A DNA stretch of 54,271 nucleotides, filler included, from Stramenopiles sp. TOSAG23-2 (taxonomy: Eukaryota), in assembly GCA_900128395.1 (NCBI GenBank). It is 3 parts of 3 records of this genome, joined end to end, with 100 filler letters (N's around TTAATTAATTAA, not from the genome) between each part and the next. Parts side by side here need not be neighbours in the genome. Positions count along the whole stretch, not along the records: positions 36,394 to 54,271 come from LT649619.1; 2 more parts are not named here. One strand, 5' to 3'. Made by a program: the position numbers and the translations under genes. The notes under the pieces are model-generated. The model searched no databases, was not told the origin of the DNA, and saw only the letters and a list, made by a program, of their open reading frames with translations. Below, in pieces: positions 44,439-54,271 of this stretch. How positions within the stretch are numbered: position 1 is the first letter of the stretch; each line of letters begins with the position of its first letter.

Positions 44439-44652
44439 ATAGAGATATTTCTTTTGTGTGTGTGGATTAGAAACACAAAATTTATATATATATATATGAA
44501 CAATGGCAACATTAACCAATAATAATAACAATAATAACGAACAATATAGAGATATTTCTTTTGTGTGTGTGGATTAGAAACACAAAATTTATATATATAT
44601 ATATGAACAATGGCAACATTAACCAATAATAATAACAATAATAACGAACAAT
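44439..44652. repeat. 107-bp tandem duplication spanning the phosphoesterase start codon
   Basis: ATGGCAACATTAACC at 44503 and 44610 with identical upstream sequence. Confidence 0.88.
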
Positions 44653-46184
44653 TTCGCATTGGATATGTAACAGATGTGGAAGGGAATTTAGATTTTTTTC
44701 AACAATATGTTGAATTATCGAATGTACTTAAATATAGCAATTCAACAAAAAATAAACTGATTTTGAAGGACGGTTGCTATTTTGTACATGGAGGAGACAT
44801 TGTTGATAAAGGTAATGGAGATATAAGATTATGTAGACAACTAGTGGATTTAAAAAAGCGTTACCCAAAACGTGTTTTCTTGTTGGTAGGTAACCGCGAT
44901 TTAAATAAATTTCGATTTTCTGCTGAGCTATCAGACGAAGACATAGCAAGAGATGTCACATCAATTCCAGGACCTCACTGGGATCCAAAAGCTCCAACAA
45001 TTTACGAATATTTAAATGAAATGGCAAAGGAATTAAATATTAAAAATGTAAATGAATTAAATACAAAAGTCAATCGATTAAAATACATGTTAAAACATAC
45101 ACTTGGGTGCCCGTCTACGTTTGAATTTCGAAGAGAGGAGTTGTCAATAATGCAGAAGCAGTCTATTGAAAATATAACAGATGAAGACGTATTAAAAAGT
45201 TTTATCTATGAAATTACAAATGAGGAAGGTAGTTTGTTTCAATACATTCGAAATGGCACTGTTGCTGCTAGAATTGGCAATACACTCTTTGTTCATGGAA
45301 CTATTGATAAAATTAATATGAAATATGTCCCACAACATATTAAATTTGAAAATGCAAAATCTCCGCAAAAGCCTGCACAAATAGTTGAAGACTTAGATGA
45401 ATGGATTAACGAATTGAATAAATATCTTCAAGAAGGAATATTAGATTTCAAGAGAAGGCCAAACTGGGATCAAGCAAGATCAACAAGAGGAGGTGAATCA
45501 TTGATGGCATTACAAAATCGTAGCGCCTCGTGGGGTCGTTCAGTTATTGTTAATTGTTATGGTGATGGTGGTAATATTTCTTCTGAAAGTGCACTTGCAT
45601 ATTTAAACGATGAAGATAGAATAAAAAGATCAAAAGGAGATCCTTTAGCTTTTGAAGGAGTAAGCAGCGACCCAAGGGATAAGGAAGTATCTAATTGGCT
45701 TTTGAAATATAATATACAACGAGTTTTGGTTGGACATAAACCATGTGGTGATAGTCCCGCAGTTTGTAATTCAAGTTACACTGGTGTTGAAATTTGTTGT
45801 TCCGATACCTCTTTTAGTTATTTTGGAAATCGTGAGTCTTTTAGTAATACCGCTGATGTAAAACAAGGAACTCCACCACGTGGCTGTGCGGTGTCTTCAA
45901 CTGAAGTTGTTGGCAATAGTAAAACTGATAATCGTTTGATATTGCATGGTAGATTTCAAGATGGTGTGGAATATAAGTGTGAATTTAATCGTCTATATGA
46001 TAAAAACTGTACAGATAAATCTATCGGGGATTCGTTATTAGGGAAAGAAATAAAAGATGGGTGGTGGGTAAAAGCAAGTTACGATACAAAGAATGGTACA
46101 ATATACCATTGCTCTACTGGCAATGGTCGTAATGTCAAATACAAACGATGTACACGTAAAGAAATTGAACAATCAATGTTGTGA
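44610..46184 (+). CDS. Calcineurin-like metallophosphoesterase with variant motifs
   Basis: TDVEG, GGDIVDKG, VGNRD, FVHG and VGHKP motifs in the expected order; ends SML. Confidence 0.85.
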   Translation: MATLTNNNNNNNEQFRIGYVTDVEGNLDFFQQYVELSNVLKYSNSTKNKLILKDGCYFVHGGDIVDKGNGDIRLCRQLVDLKKRYPKRVFLLVGNRDLNKFRFSAELSDEDIARDVTSIPGPHWDPKAPTIYEYLNEMAKELNIKNVNELNTKVNRLKYMLKHTLGCPSTFEFRREELSIMQKQSIENITDEDVLKSFIYEITNEEGSLFQYIRNGTVAARIGNTLFVHGTIDKINMKYVPQHIKFENAKSPQKPAQIVEDLDEWINELNKYLQEGILDFKRRPNWDQARSTRGGESLMALQNRSASWGRSVIVNCYGDGGNISSESALAYLNDEDRIKRSKGDPLAFEGVSSDPRDKEVSNWLLKYNIQRVLVGHKPCGDSPAVCNSSYTGVEICCSDTSFSYFGNRESFSNTADVKQGTPPRGCAVSSTEVVGNSKTDNRLILHGRFQDGVEYKCEFNRLYDKNCTDKSIGDSLLGKEIKDGWWVKASYDTKNGTIYHCSTGNGRNVKYKRCTRKEIEQSML

Positions 46185-46308
46185 TTGTCGTATGTAATAC
46201 AGCAGTATATACGCTATACGCTTCGGTACGTGTGTACTCGTACACGAAGAGTTGCATTTTTGATGCCATTTTTATGCTCTCACGCACACCTGGGTTTTCA
46301 TTTTTTTT

Positions 46309-49287
46309 CTAAGTCTGCATTAATGTATTGATATCCGCTGGAGGCATATTAAATGTATTCAATGGTAAATCTATAATTTGTGACTTGTATACTTCAAAAT
46401 TACGAGGGGACGATGCTACAATTGCACCATCGATCAACCCGATAGAACGGCAACGTAAACCGGACCAACGATATTGTCGACCGGTACCACCTGCTTCATG
46501 CATTGCATATGCTGGAGGTACTTGATTTTTTTTAATAAAATTATTAGTTACCCATAGTTGCCACATTAATGTTTGGAATTGCTTTGGTGTAAATGTTCGC
46601 GCACCATCGCTACCGGTTTTAATTCTTTTCACTCTAGGTTTACCATGAAGCCGTTCAATCCGGCGGCGTTGTAATTTCAATTTATCACTACCAACTGCAA
46701 CGGCCATTCTATGGGCTTGTATCCTTTCAACTAATGTTTTTACTCGTACAACTGCTTCGCGTTTTTCCATTTTAGATGCTTGTCCTACTTTGCCACCATT
46801 CCATGGTGCAAATCGATGCCATGGTTCGTGTCCTTGGGGTAATGAACTCCGTGGGACAATGGGAACTTCCCGTTGCCGCTTCCTGCCTCGTTTAGCACCT
46901 CCTTGTTGTTGTTTTCCTTGCTCTGCATGTTGCTGTTGCAATCGCTGTTGCTGTTGCAAACCTTGTAAAACCTGTTGCCGCGCGACTAAAAATCTATCCG
47001 AAAAAACTGACGAGCCATCTGCATTATTATTAGCTTTTCCATTACTTTTCCGTTGTTGTTGCTGCATCATTAATTGCTGCTGCTGTTGCATTTGCATCGC
47101 ATGCGCATGCGCATTGCGTTGCTGTTGTTGCAACATTTGTTGCTGCTGTTGCTGCCTTTGCATCCGTGGACTCAATGTTAACGGTAGCAAATCGTATCCA
47201 TTCTCCAGCTCGCTTATTCGTTCTAAATATTCATTATATCGGGCTATTTCCTCGTCGTCTTCACCACTACTTTCTTCATCGCTGCTTTCTTCCTCCGAAC
47301 TTTCCTCTTCTGAACTTTCTTCTGAACTAGATTCAGATTCGTCAGATGATGAATTAAATTCAATCCATGGCTCTAAACGTTTGCAGAATTTTAAAATTTT
47401 AGTACGGGCACGTGATTTTTTTACCCCAGGACCTTCTTTCTTCTCATACGGTGGGCATCGAAGCATTTTTTTCCAAACATCATCCACACCTTGATCTTTC
47501 TCTTCCTCTTGTTCTTCCTCTTTTTCATCATCCCCATCATCTTCATTTTGTTCCTCCTCATCATCAGATTCCCCATAATATGGCCTGTAATCCGGATTAT
47601 TTTGCAAAAACTTTACTAAGTTTTTAACCTTTGGGCATTCTTCTGTTGGTAACGGTGATTTTGTCATAGAGTTCCACATGACAGTCAGATTGTTTGCTAA
47701 TGATATAGTTGTCCTGGTTACCCCATCTTCATTTTTGGAGCTGAATTCTGGAAATCCACTCGTAGTACAACTCCCACAAACGAATTCATCCCCATCTTTC
47801 AATCGATCTTCAGCAATGCCAAGACCAACGCAAGCCCCATGAAACCAACTTTCGCATTTTTCACATGCAACCATCATACCAACACCTGGACCACGGCATA
47901 AACAATATCGTTCTGGGTCATCTGCTAGTGATATTGGTGAGTTTTTACCATCCCCGTTTTCCGCATTACCGTTACTATTACTACCATCTGCATTGCCTTT
48001 CTTTTTTTCCGCTTCTGCAATGAGCATTCGTTGGTATTCCTCCGCCACTCCATTCATTTTATTTCCATGAATAGTACGCCCTGGTGTGGTGATACGGTTT
48101 AAATCAGTAAGGCGCTTTTGTTCATCTTGTTGAAATTTCACAATTACTTCATCTCGTTGTTTTTTCCACTTTTGACAACCTCGCATCAATTTCCATACAC
48201 AATAATAATATTCAACGCAACTACGGTATGATTTTGTGCCAACATATTTACTAATTAAATGAAAATCCTTATCTACTTCAAAAATGGCTCGTTCAAATTC
48301 CTGTTTTTCAACTGGTGTCCACAATTTACTAATATTTGTTTCTGAATCGTGTGGTAATGGATCTGGGTGCAATGAACCATAATGGGAATCCACATAACCT
48401 GCATTATCATCATCATCTGGATTACGTATGGGATGATTATGCCACGAGTTACTACTGCTGCTACTACTAGTACCATTAGCTTCATCTGCTTTTGTAGTAT
48501 CTTTCGTTGATAATGCTTTGGTCAAATCGACTTGAAATTCATCTCCAACACGTGGCCATTTCGTATTTGGTGTTATTTCAACCGTTTGGTGTTCTCCATG
48601 TAAACCGCCATATGCAAATGTTACGAGATCAGTTGGTTGGCCATCTTTATCAAAATTAACTTTTGCATTTGAGCCATATTCAGCTCTAGCAGCTTTATCA
48701 TATACAAGCGCAGCTTTTTTAGCAGTCTTATATACACCAAGTTGTTTTGTTTTCCCACCTCTAATCCATAGCGTCGCTCGCCATCTTCCAATTTTATACA
48801 TAAACGACACACCATTGTATTTCTTACCTGCAGGCTCGGCGCGTTCTGTTTGTATCAAAAATGCCGCACCTATACTCGTCTTGGTTGATTCTTTCACTTT
48901 TTTTTTGGTATTTAAACCTGCTACTGGTAATGGTTGGCTTTGTTGTTGTGGTGCTGGTGATTCTGGAGGTAATTTAATGGAGGGAGGTACTGTTTGATTG
49001 GAAGTTTTAGTTGTATCTACAGTCTCACTATCATTTGTAATACTTGATTCTTCTTTTGTTACGTCATTTGAATCATTTTCTTCGTTTGTAACAATGGCAT
49101 TATCAGTTGTTGTGGATGTTTCAACTGGTAATGATTCTTTACCATTCGTTTCACTATTATTATTATTATTATTACTATTATTATTATCTACTTTTTCTTG
49201 TATTTCTTCCATTATAATTTTATTCGGTGTAGGATCATCATCGACGTCCATGGCATTGTTTGTTTCTTTATTTGTTTCCAATGACAT
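46309..49287 (-). CDS. AP2 + ELM2-like + SANT + PHD nuclear protein
   Basis: AP2 (YNGV...WRA...LGVY...AA.VYD.AA...AKVNF), PRVGDEFQV, WT..EK..FE.A...KDFHLI...CVEYYY, C4HC3 PHD; acidic and poly-Q tracts. Confidence 0.87.
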   Translation of the reverse strand: MSLETNKETNNAMDVDDDPTPNKIIMEEIQEKVDNNNSNNNNNNSETNGKESLPVETSTTTDNAIVTNEENDSNDVTKEESSITNDSETVDTTKTSNQTVPPSIKLPPESPAPQQQSQPLPVAGLNTKKKVKESTKTSIGAAFLIQTERAEPAGKKYNGVSFMYKIGRWRATLWIRGGKTKQLGVYKTAKKAALVYDKAARAEYGSNAKVNFDKDGQPTDLVTFAYGGLHGEHQTVEITPNTKWPRVGDEFQVDLTKALSTKDTTKADEANGTSSSSSSNSWHNHPIRNPDDDDNAGYVDSHYGSLHPDPLPHDSETNISKLWTPVEKQEFERAIFEVDKDFHLISKYVGTKSYRSCVEYYYCVWKLMRGCQKWKKQRDEVIVKFQQDEQKRLTDLNRITTPGRTIHGNKMNGVAEEYQRMLIAEAEKKKGNADGSNSNGNAENGDGKNSPISLADDPERYCLCRGPGVGMMVACEKCESWFHGACVGLGIAEDRLKDGDEFVCGSCTTSGFPEFSSKNEDGVTRTTISLANNLTVMWNSMTKSPLPTEECPKVKNLVKFLQNNPDYRPYYGESDDEEEQNEDDGDDEKEEEQEEEKDQGVDDVWKKMLRCPPYEKKEGPGVKKSRARTKILKFCKRLEPWIEFNSSSDESESSSEESSEEESSEEESSDEESSGEDDEEIARYNEYLERISELENGYDLLPLTLSPRMQRQQQQQQMLQQQQRNAHAHAMQMQQQQQLMMQQQQRKSNGKANNNADGSSVFSDRFLVARQQVLQGLQQQQRLQQQHAEQGKQQQGGAKRGRKRQREVPIVPRSSLPQGHEPWHRFAPWNGGKVGQASKMEKREAVVRVKTLVERIQAHRMAVAVGSDKLKLQRRRIERLHGKPRVKRIKTGSDGARTFTPKQFQTLMWQLWVTNNFIKKNQVPPAYAMHEAGGTGRQYRWSGLRCRSIGLIDGAIVASSPRNFEVYKSQIIDLPLNTFNMPPADINTLMQT

Positions 49288-49915
49288 GTTATTTATTTAT
49301 CTATTATTATTATAAATATTTATATCAATTCTACATACATTAATATGTACTATATTTATATATATGTTTTTGTCTACATCATCTACTTTCTACCTTTGTA
49401 ATAAGTATATATATATACATATATATACATCTATTTTTTATTTACTAATGGTATTGTCATGCTTTTCGGAGGTGCTTTTTATTATCTTTTTAAAATTAAT
49501 TTTAAACTTTTTTTCGTCATGCACTTCCATCAATTTTTTGGTGGATTTTGATTTTGGATTTTATGCAAAAATATAGCTAATATTTAAGTGAAATTACCTA
49601 ATGTAGATCATGACATATCAGGTAAAATTTGAAAAATCTCGAAAGGACAAAAGCGGAAATTGGTTATATCGTAAGACCTGTTGTGTCCATACTGTCGCCA
49701 CTAAACGATGTAGAGATTATTTAAATATATTATTAAATTCATCATCGGATTCAATCTAAAAAATTTTTTGTGAAAAAAAGGGATACGAACTCAAATATAA
49801 ATTATTATTGCAATTTTGCGTTTTAAATGATGTACATATTGGTTTGACATTTGTTTTATACATTTATTATTTCTCGATCTTTTCTTTGTTTTCATTTATT
49901 TTTGTTGCAATAATA

Positions 49916-51265
49916 ATGATATTTCCACGATTAAGAGTGGCAAGACATTTATTTTGGCCATGGTTATACATACGACCAACGTATTTTATGATTGTGACCC
50001 CGTTTGGTACCCAAGTCATTAGTTACCCACCAATATATTTTCTTCCAGCGTTTGGAATTGCTTTGATTATAGCTTTATGGTGTATATATTATTACATATG
50101 TCGTCCAAATGGTGGTATTTGTTGTTGTTGTCGTAAAATATTATACCCCTTGTTATGTCAATGCAGTAGAAGAAATGATGGAACAAATTTGAAAAAAGTT
50201 TTGATAATTACTGATATTTTTAGTCACGAAAATATGAAAAATTTATTATCTTTACTTTTATTAGCCAATATGATGAAAAAGAAAAAAATTGAAATTGTTG
50301 GTATTGTTACTACTGGTGGAAACAATGAAATACGCGCGAGACATACATTGGAATGGTTGAAATATTTAAATTTATCAGATAAAATACCAGTAGCATATGG
50401 TCGTGATATTGATAACACAGCTGAATTATTTTTGGAACGAATAGTAAGAAACCAATTTCAAGATGGTGATGATGAGGAGGAGGAGGATGATGATGAAAAA
50501 ATATTAAATAAACATAATGTATCTTCATCCTCTACTGAATTAATATTGAAATTAGCCAAGACATATGGTAAAAAATTGTACATATATAGCACAACAAGCA
50601 TAGCATTGACACCATTAAATGATGCCATTAAAAAAGATAAATCATCTAAATATTTGAAATATATTGGTGGTATATATTTAAATAATTTACAGGTAAAACG
50701 GGACAAAAATAAACATATTAGAAAAAAAAAATGTTGTTCATGTTCATCTTCAAAAAATATTGAGGATAAAAATAATAAAATTATAGTACCAATGGATTTG
50801 AAATTATTACAAGAAGATAAAACAACGAAAAAGAAAAGGAAAATAGTATTAGATGAACCTAGTACCCATCGTGTATTTCAAACGTTACAATTAAAAGTAC
50901 CATTCACCATATTCAGTAATGTTGCCGATACTACCAATTTCAATAATAATATTGATATTTCAAAAGATATCATTGATAAAATATTAGCATCTGAGACATA
51001 TATAAATTCTACCGTTGATAATAGATATAAAATAAAAACATCAATAGTATCAAAAAGTAAGAACAATATTCATGACAGCATAGAAAAACCAATTTGCAGC
51101 AATGATGCTGCATTATTTGGTTTATATCTTGACGATGATGTAAATAATGATTTAATTTTAAAAAATATTAATTGGGGGCAGCATTGCATTGTTACAAAAA
51201 ACGATGATAATAAGAAAATAAATAAATTAATAGATACAAATATTGATTTTCAATATTGTTTGTAG
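49916..51265 (+). CDS. Membrane-anchored nucleoside-hydrolase-like protein, degenerate active site
   Basis: TM helix and Cys cluster, then VLIITD...LLLL...IVGIVTTGGN..RA...IPVAYG...ALTPL, an IU-nucleoside hydrolase-like pattern; first ATG at 49916. Confidence 0.55.
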   Translation: MIFPRLRVARHLFWPWLYIRPTYFMIVTPFGTQVISYPPIYFLPAFGIALIIALWCIYYYICRPNGGICCCCRKILYPLLCQCSRRNDGTNLKKVLIITDIFSHENMKNLLSLLLLANMMKKKKIEIVGIVTTGGNNEIRARHTLEWLKYLNLSDKIPVAYGRDIDNTAELFLERIVRNQFQDGDDEEEEDDDEKILNKHNVSSSSTELILKLAKTYGKKLYIYSTTSIALTPLNDAIKKDKSSKYLKYIGGIYLNNLQVKRDKNKHIRKKKCCSCSSSKNIEDKNNKIIVPMDLKLLQEDKTTKKKRKIVLDEPSTHRVFQTLQLKVPFTIFSNVADTTNFNNNIDISKDIIDKILASETYINSTVDNRYKIKTSIVSKSKNNIHDSIEKPICSNDAALFGLYLDDDVNNDLILKNINWGQHCIVTKNDDNKKINKLIDTNIDFQYCL

Positions 51266-51608
51266 GGCAAGGGAGAAAGAAAGAGAGGGAGAAGGAGAGA
51301 GAGAAGAGAGAAATAGTCGTGCCGGAAATATACATGTGTGTATGCCTTACTAAGAAGAAGGTATTTTATGCAGAGAGTGTCGAGAAGAATTCATTTAAAA
51401 AATCCTTTTTTATACTAATTTTGTATTCTAATATTTATAATTTTCCTATTAAATAATACTCCTGCAAGCTGAATAGATGATAATATATATATTTACCCCT
51501 CTATTTCTATTGATGCATATAAATCTTAATCAATGTCCTGATAGACAACTTCCATCCATCTATATATATATATATAGAGAGAGTATAAACAACATCGACA
51601 TCATCATC

Positions 51609-54012
51609 ATGAGCAAGCCACTTACCCCACGAGACCACCAATTGAATCGAGATAGGGAAATCATCCAATTGACGAAGAAATTGAAAACGTTGAAAGAAAA
51701 ATTAGCACAATTAGAAGTGGAAAATAATAAATTACAAGACAATTTAGCTAATCTACAAAAATTAAATATTGATGAAGCAGCCAAAAAAGAATTAGCATTG
51801 CAATTAATTAAAACTTTGAAAGAACCATACGATGCAATTAAAAAAATCATGGAAGATATGAAAAACGAAGTAGGTCAATTATCTCGTGGGAAAATGAATG
51901 AATTAAGACGAATGACAAAGCCACCATTATTAATTAAAAAAACATTAGAACTTGGTAAGTAAACTTGACCAATTTTAACCTTCTTTCACTCCAACCATCT
52001 AACAACAACATATTTATACATGCATTTTCCACATACTCATACATTTCCCACTATGCTTTTTCAACAACATAGTAACACATTAATTACGATTTGATAATAA
52101 AGCTAAGCAATCACGTTCCCAACTCAATTTTGGTAATGATGCATTTTGTATTTGTTGTTTCGTTTCAAACATTATACTGAAATATTTATGATTTGCATTG
52201 TCTTTTTCATCATTACCAAAATTGAGTTGGGAACGTGATTGCTTAGCTTTATTATCAAATCGTAATTTTTTAAATGATATATCTGTCTATAAACCATATA
52301 AGCTGAGCTCAAAATTAGAATTGATTGAATTGTTGAGAAACTGTTACCTGGAAACATCTGGTACAATTGGAAATAATAATGCTAGTGAAACAGATAATCA
52401 ATCGTTAAAATTACCTCCTATAACTTCAAATAATAAATATAATGATATGCCAGTATTAGCTTCATTATCCATTGCAAATACCCAACGTCGAATTGATAAA
52501 GCAAAAAATGATTCAGCACCTGCTAATTTAAATGTTGCTAAAGTTGCATATTCATCTAAAACATGTGCCTCATTATTGAAATGGTGTATCGGGCAATTGC
52601 AATATGGTGAAGTTTTAAGCAAACATGATGAGTCTGTTTTACAAACTGTAGATGATGCAAATAATAATATTATTTCTATTGAATTAAAAATAAAAGAAAA
52701 TGAAAAAGAGTATAATAAATTAATTATAAATAAGGATGAATTAGATCAAGATATTTCTCAAATTAAGCATGAAATTGATATTATATTGAAAATGTTAGAG
52801 AAATTCAACAACGAAAAAGCAAACGAAGAATTAGAAGAAGCACGAAAAATGAAAGATGAAGAAAAAAGGAAGAAATTGAAAAAAATGGAAGAAAAAACAT
52901 TGCAACATAAACTTGTCCCCCAAAGTAAAACAGCACCAAAATCACCATCAGTAACTCGAATACCCATGACATTAATACCATTAGAAGGTCAAGTCTCAAT
53001 TAGTAAAATTCCTGTCACAATAACACAACAATTAGCATTTGAGGAAGGTAGTTCAAAATTAACAAAAGTAGCTTTAAAATCATTAAACGGTGTATTAAAT
53101 GTATTAAATGAATCCGAATCTAAAATATGTATTGAAGCAAATCAAACAGCGAATGAAAATACGGGTGTAAATGAAGCAAGAGCTAATGCTGTCAAACAAT
53201 ATTTTACTAGTCAAGGTATCAATCCTGCACGGCTACGTACAAATACATCGATTAGAAACAACAACAACAACAATAATAATAACAATAATAACAACAACAA
53301 CAATACGATAGGTAAAAAGAAAACTGCAGTAAACAAGCATGTTAGCTTTTACATTATACAAGAGTTAAGACTTGGTGGGACAATTGAGTTTGGTAAAATG
53401 TCAAGCAGTTTAAAATCAACATCTCATATTTTATTAGATGATGTTGTATCGATATTGGAAAACAATCCATTCATGTTTTTAAAAGTTGAAGGTCATACGG
53501 ATAATAGACCTAGTTGGGGTCAAAGTAATCAAGAATTAAGTAATGATCGTGCTGGATCTGTTTGTCGTTATATAACTAATGTTGGTGGCATTGAAGAAAA
53601 GCGTTTATTAGGAATTGGCATGGGTGAGGCATTACCAATTGAAAGCAATAGTTCCAGTTCCGGTAGACAAGCAAATCGTCGCGTAGAATTTCATTTAGAA
53701 GATCGTAAAGCTCAACATAGTATGAGAGAATTGCTACAATCATCAAGTGGTACAGATGCAATATCAAATGATATTAATGCCATTAAATCTTTAGTTGCTA
53801 TTGCAAGCGGTAAATTTGGTGGAATGGGTATGCGTGTTAGGCAATGTGCAGCAGACGTTTTAATAAGTAGTGGCGTTGATTGGGATATATTACGTTTATT
53901 ATACATTGCAATTTTAAAAGAAGATGTTACTACATGTGCTATTGGTCAGTTGAATGTAGATGTAGTTCGGATCATATTGCGATGGTACTTTCAAATATGT
54001 AAAAGTATTTGA
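51609..54012 (+). CDS. Coiled coil / dynein-stalk MTBD-like / two OmpA-C domain protein; exons 51609..51954 and 52073..54012, exon 2 start disrupted by an inverted repeat
   Basis: Exon 1 ends LSRGKMNELRRMTKPP...TLEL; exon 2 has SWERDCLALLSNRNFL, VAYSSKTCASLLKWC and OmpA motifs VEGHTD, NQELSNDRA, GMGE..P, NRRVEF; in-frame TAA at 52081 and a TGA in the spacer as assembled. Confidence 0.72.
51955..52072 (+). other. Spliceosomal intron (118 nt, phase 1)
   Basis: GTAAGT donor, CTAAC, ACATAG acceptor (same style as the sulfatase intron); the phase matches the downstream 52198 ORF frame. Confidence 0.75.
52082..52267. repeat. Perfect 60-bp inverted repeat with 66-bp spacer inside coding sequence
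   Basis: 52082-52141 is the exact reverse complement of 52208-52267. Confidence 0.93.
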
Positions 54013-54271
54013 GAGTCATTGAAAAGGGTATTATATATATGATACTGGGTCTTTTATACAAAATCTTTTTTCCGTACAAAGTACGAAGTTGTATAAAAGA
54101 GAGTAATAATATGGCAGCAAGCCAATATAATAACAAACTTTTTATATGTGTCGTAATAAAAGTTTTTTTATTTAATTATTATTTTTATTTTATTTTTAAA
54201 GCTCTTTTTATTATAAATATAAAAAATTCTCTTACTTAAAATTTAAAAAGATTTTATTTACTCATAAATAT

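Noticed and set aside
46790-47494. Cys-rich, metallothionein-looking ORF
   Set aside because: Antisense of the poly-Gln and acidic tracts of the AP2/PHD gene

Overview
AT-rich, gene-dense, intron-poor eukaryotic DNA. It contains ARF, Aladin, Nup98, nicastrin, SPAG1 and an axonemal dynein heavy chain, poly-Asn tracts, and two GT-AG introns, so it comes from a flagellated protist (a heterotrophic stramenopile/MAST-like single-cell or metagenome assembly is plausible, but that is inference). The window is three contigs joined by artificial 44N-TTAATTAATTAA-44N linkers (18161-18260, 36294-36393), so adjacency across the linkers means nothing. About 18 complete or partial CDSs are supported. Main points of interest: (1) a spliced gene that fuses a dynein-stalk microtubule-binding-like domain to two bacterial OmpA-C (peptidoglycan-binding) domains, with a perfect 60-bp inverted repeat whose spacer is stop-free only when flipped; (2) a bacterial-type GH144-like beta-1,2-glucanase with a myristoylation-like N-terminus and three tandem unannotated modules; (3) a bacterial-type penicillin/AHL acylase ending in SKL, flanked by a sulfatase ending SKL and a phosphoesterase ending SML; (4) an AP2-ELM2-SANT-PHD chromatin protein; (5) several non-coding fold-back elements and recurring intergenic motifs. 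Many near-exact 93-241-bp tandem duplications and abrupt junctions look like assembly or amplification artefacts. All family assignments come from motif recognition by eye; no database searches were run.
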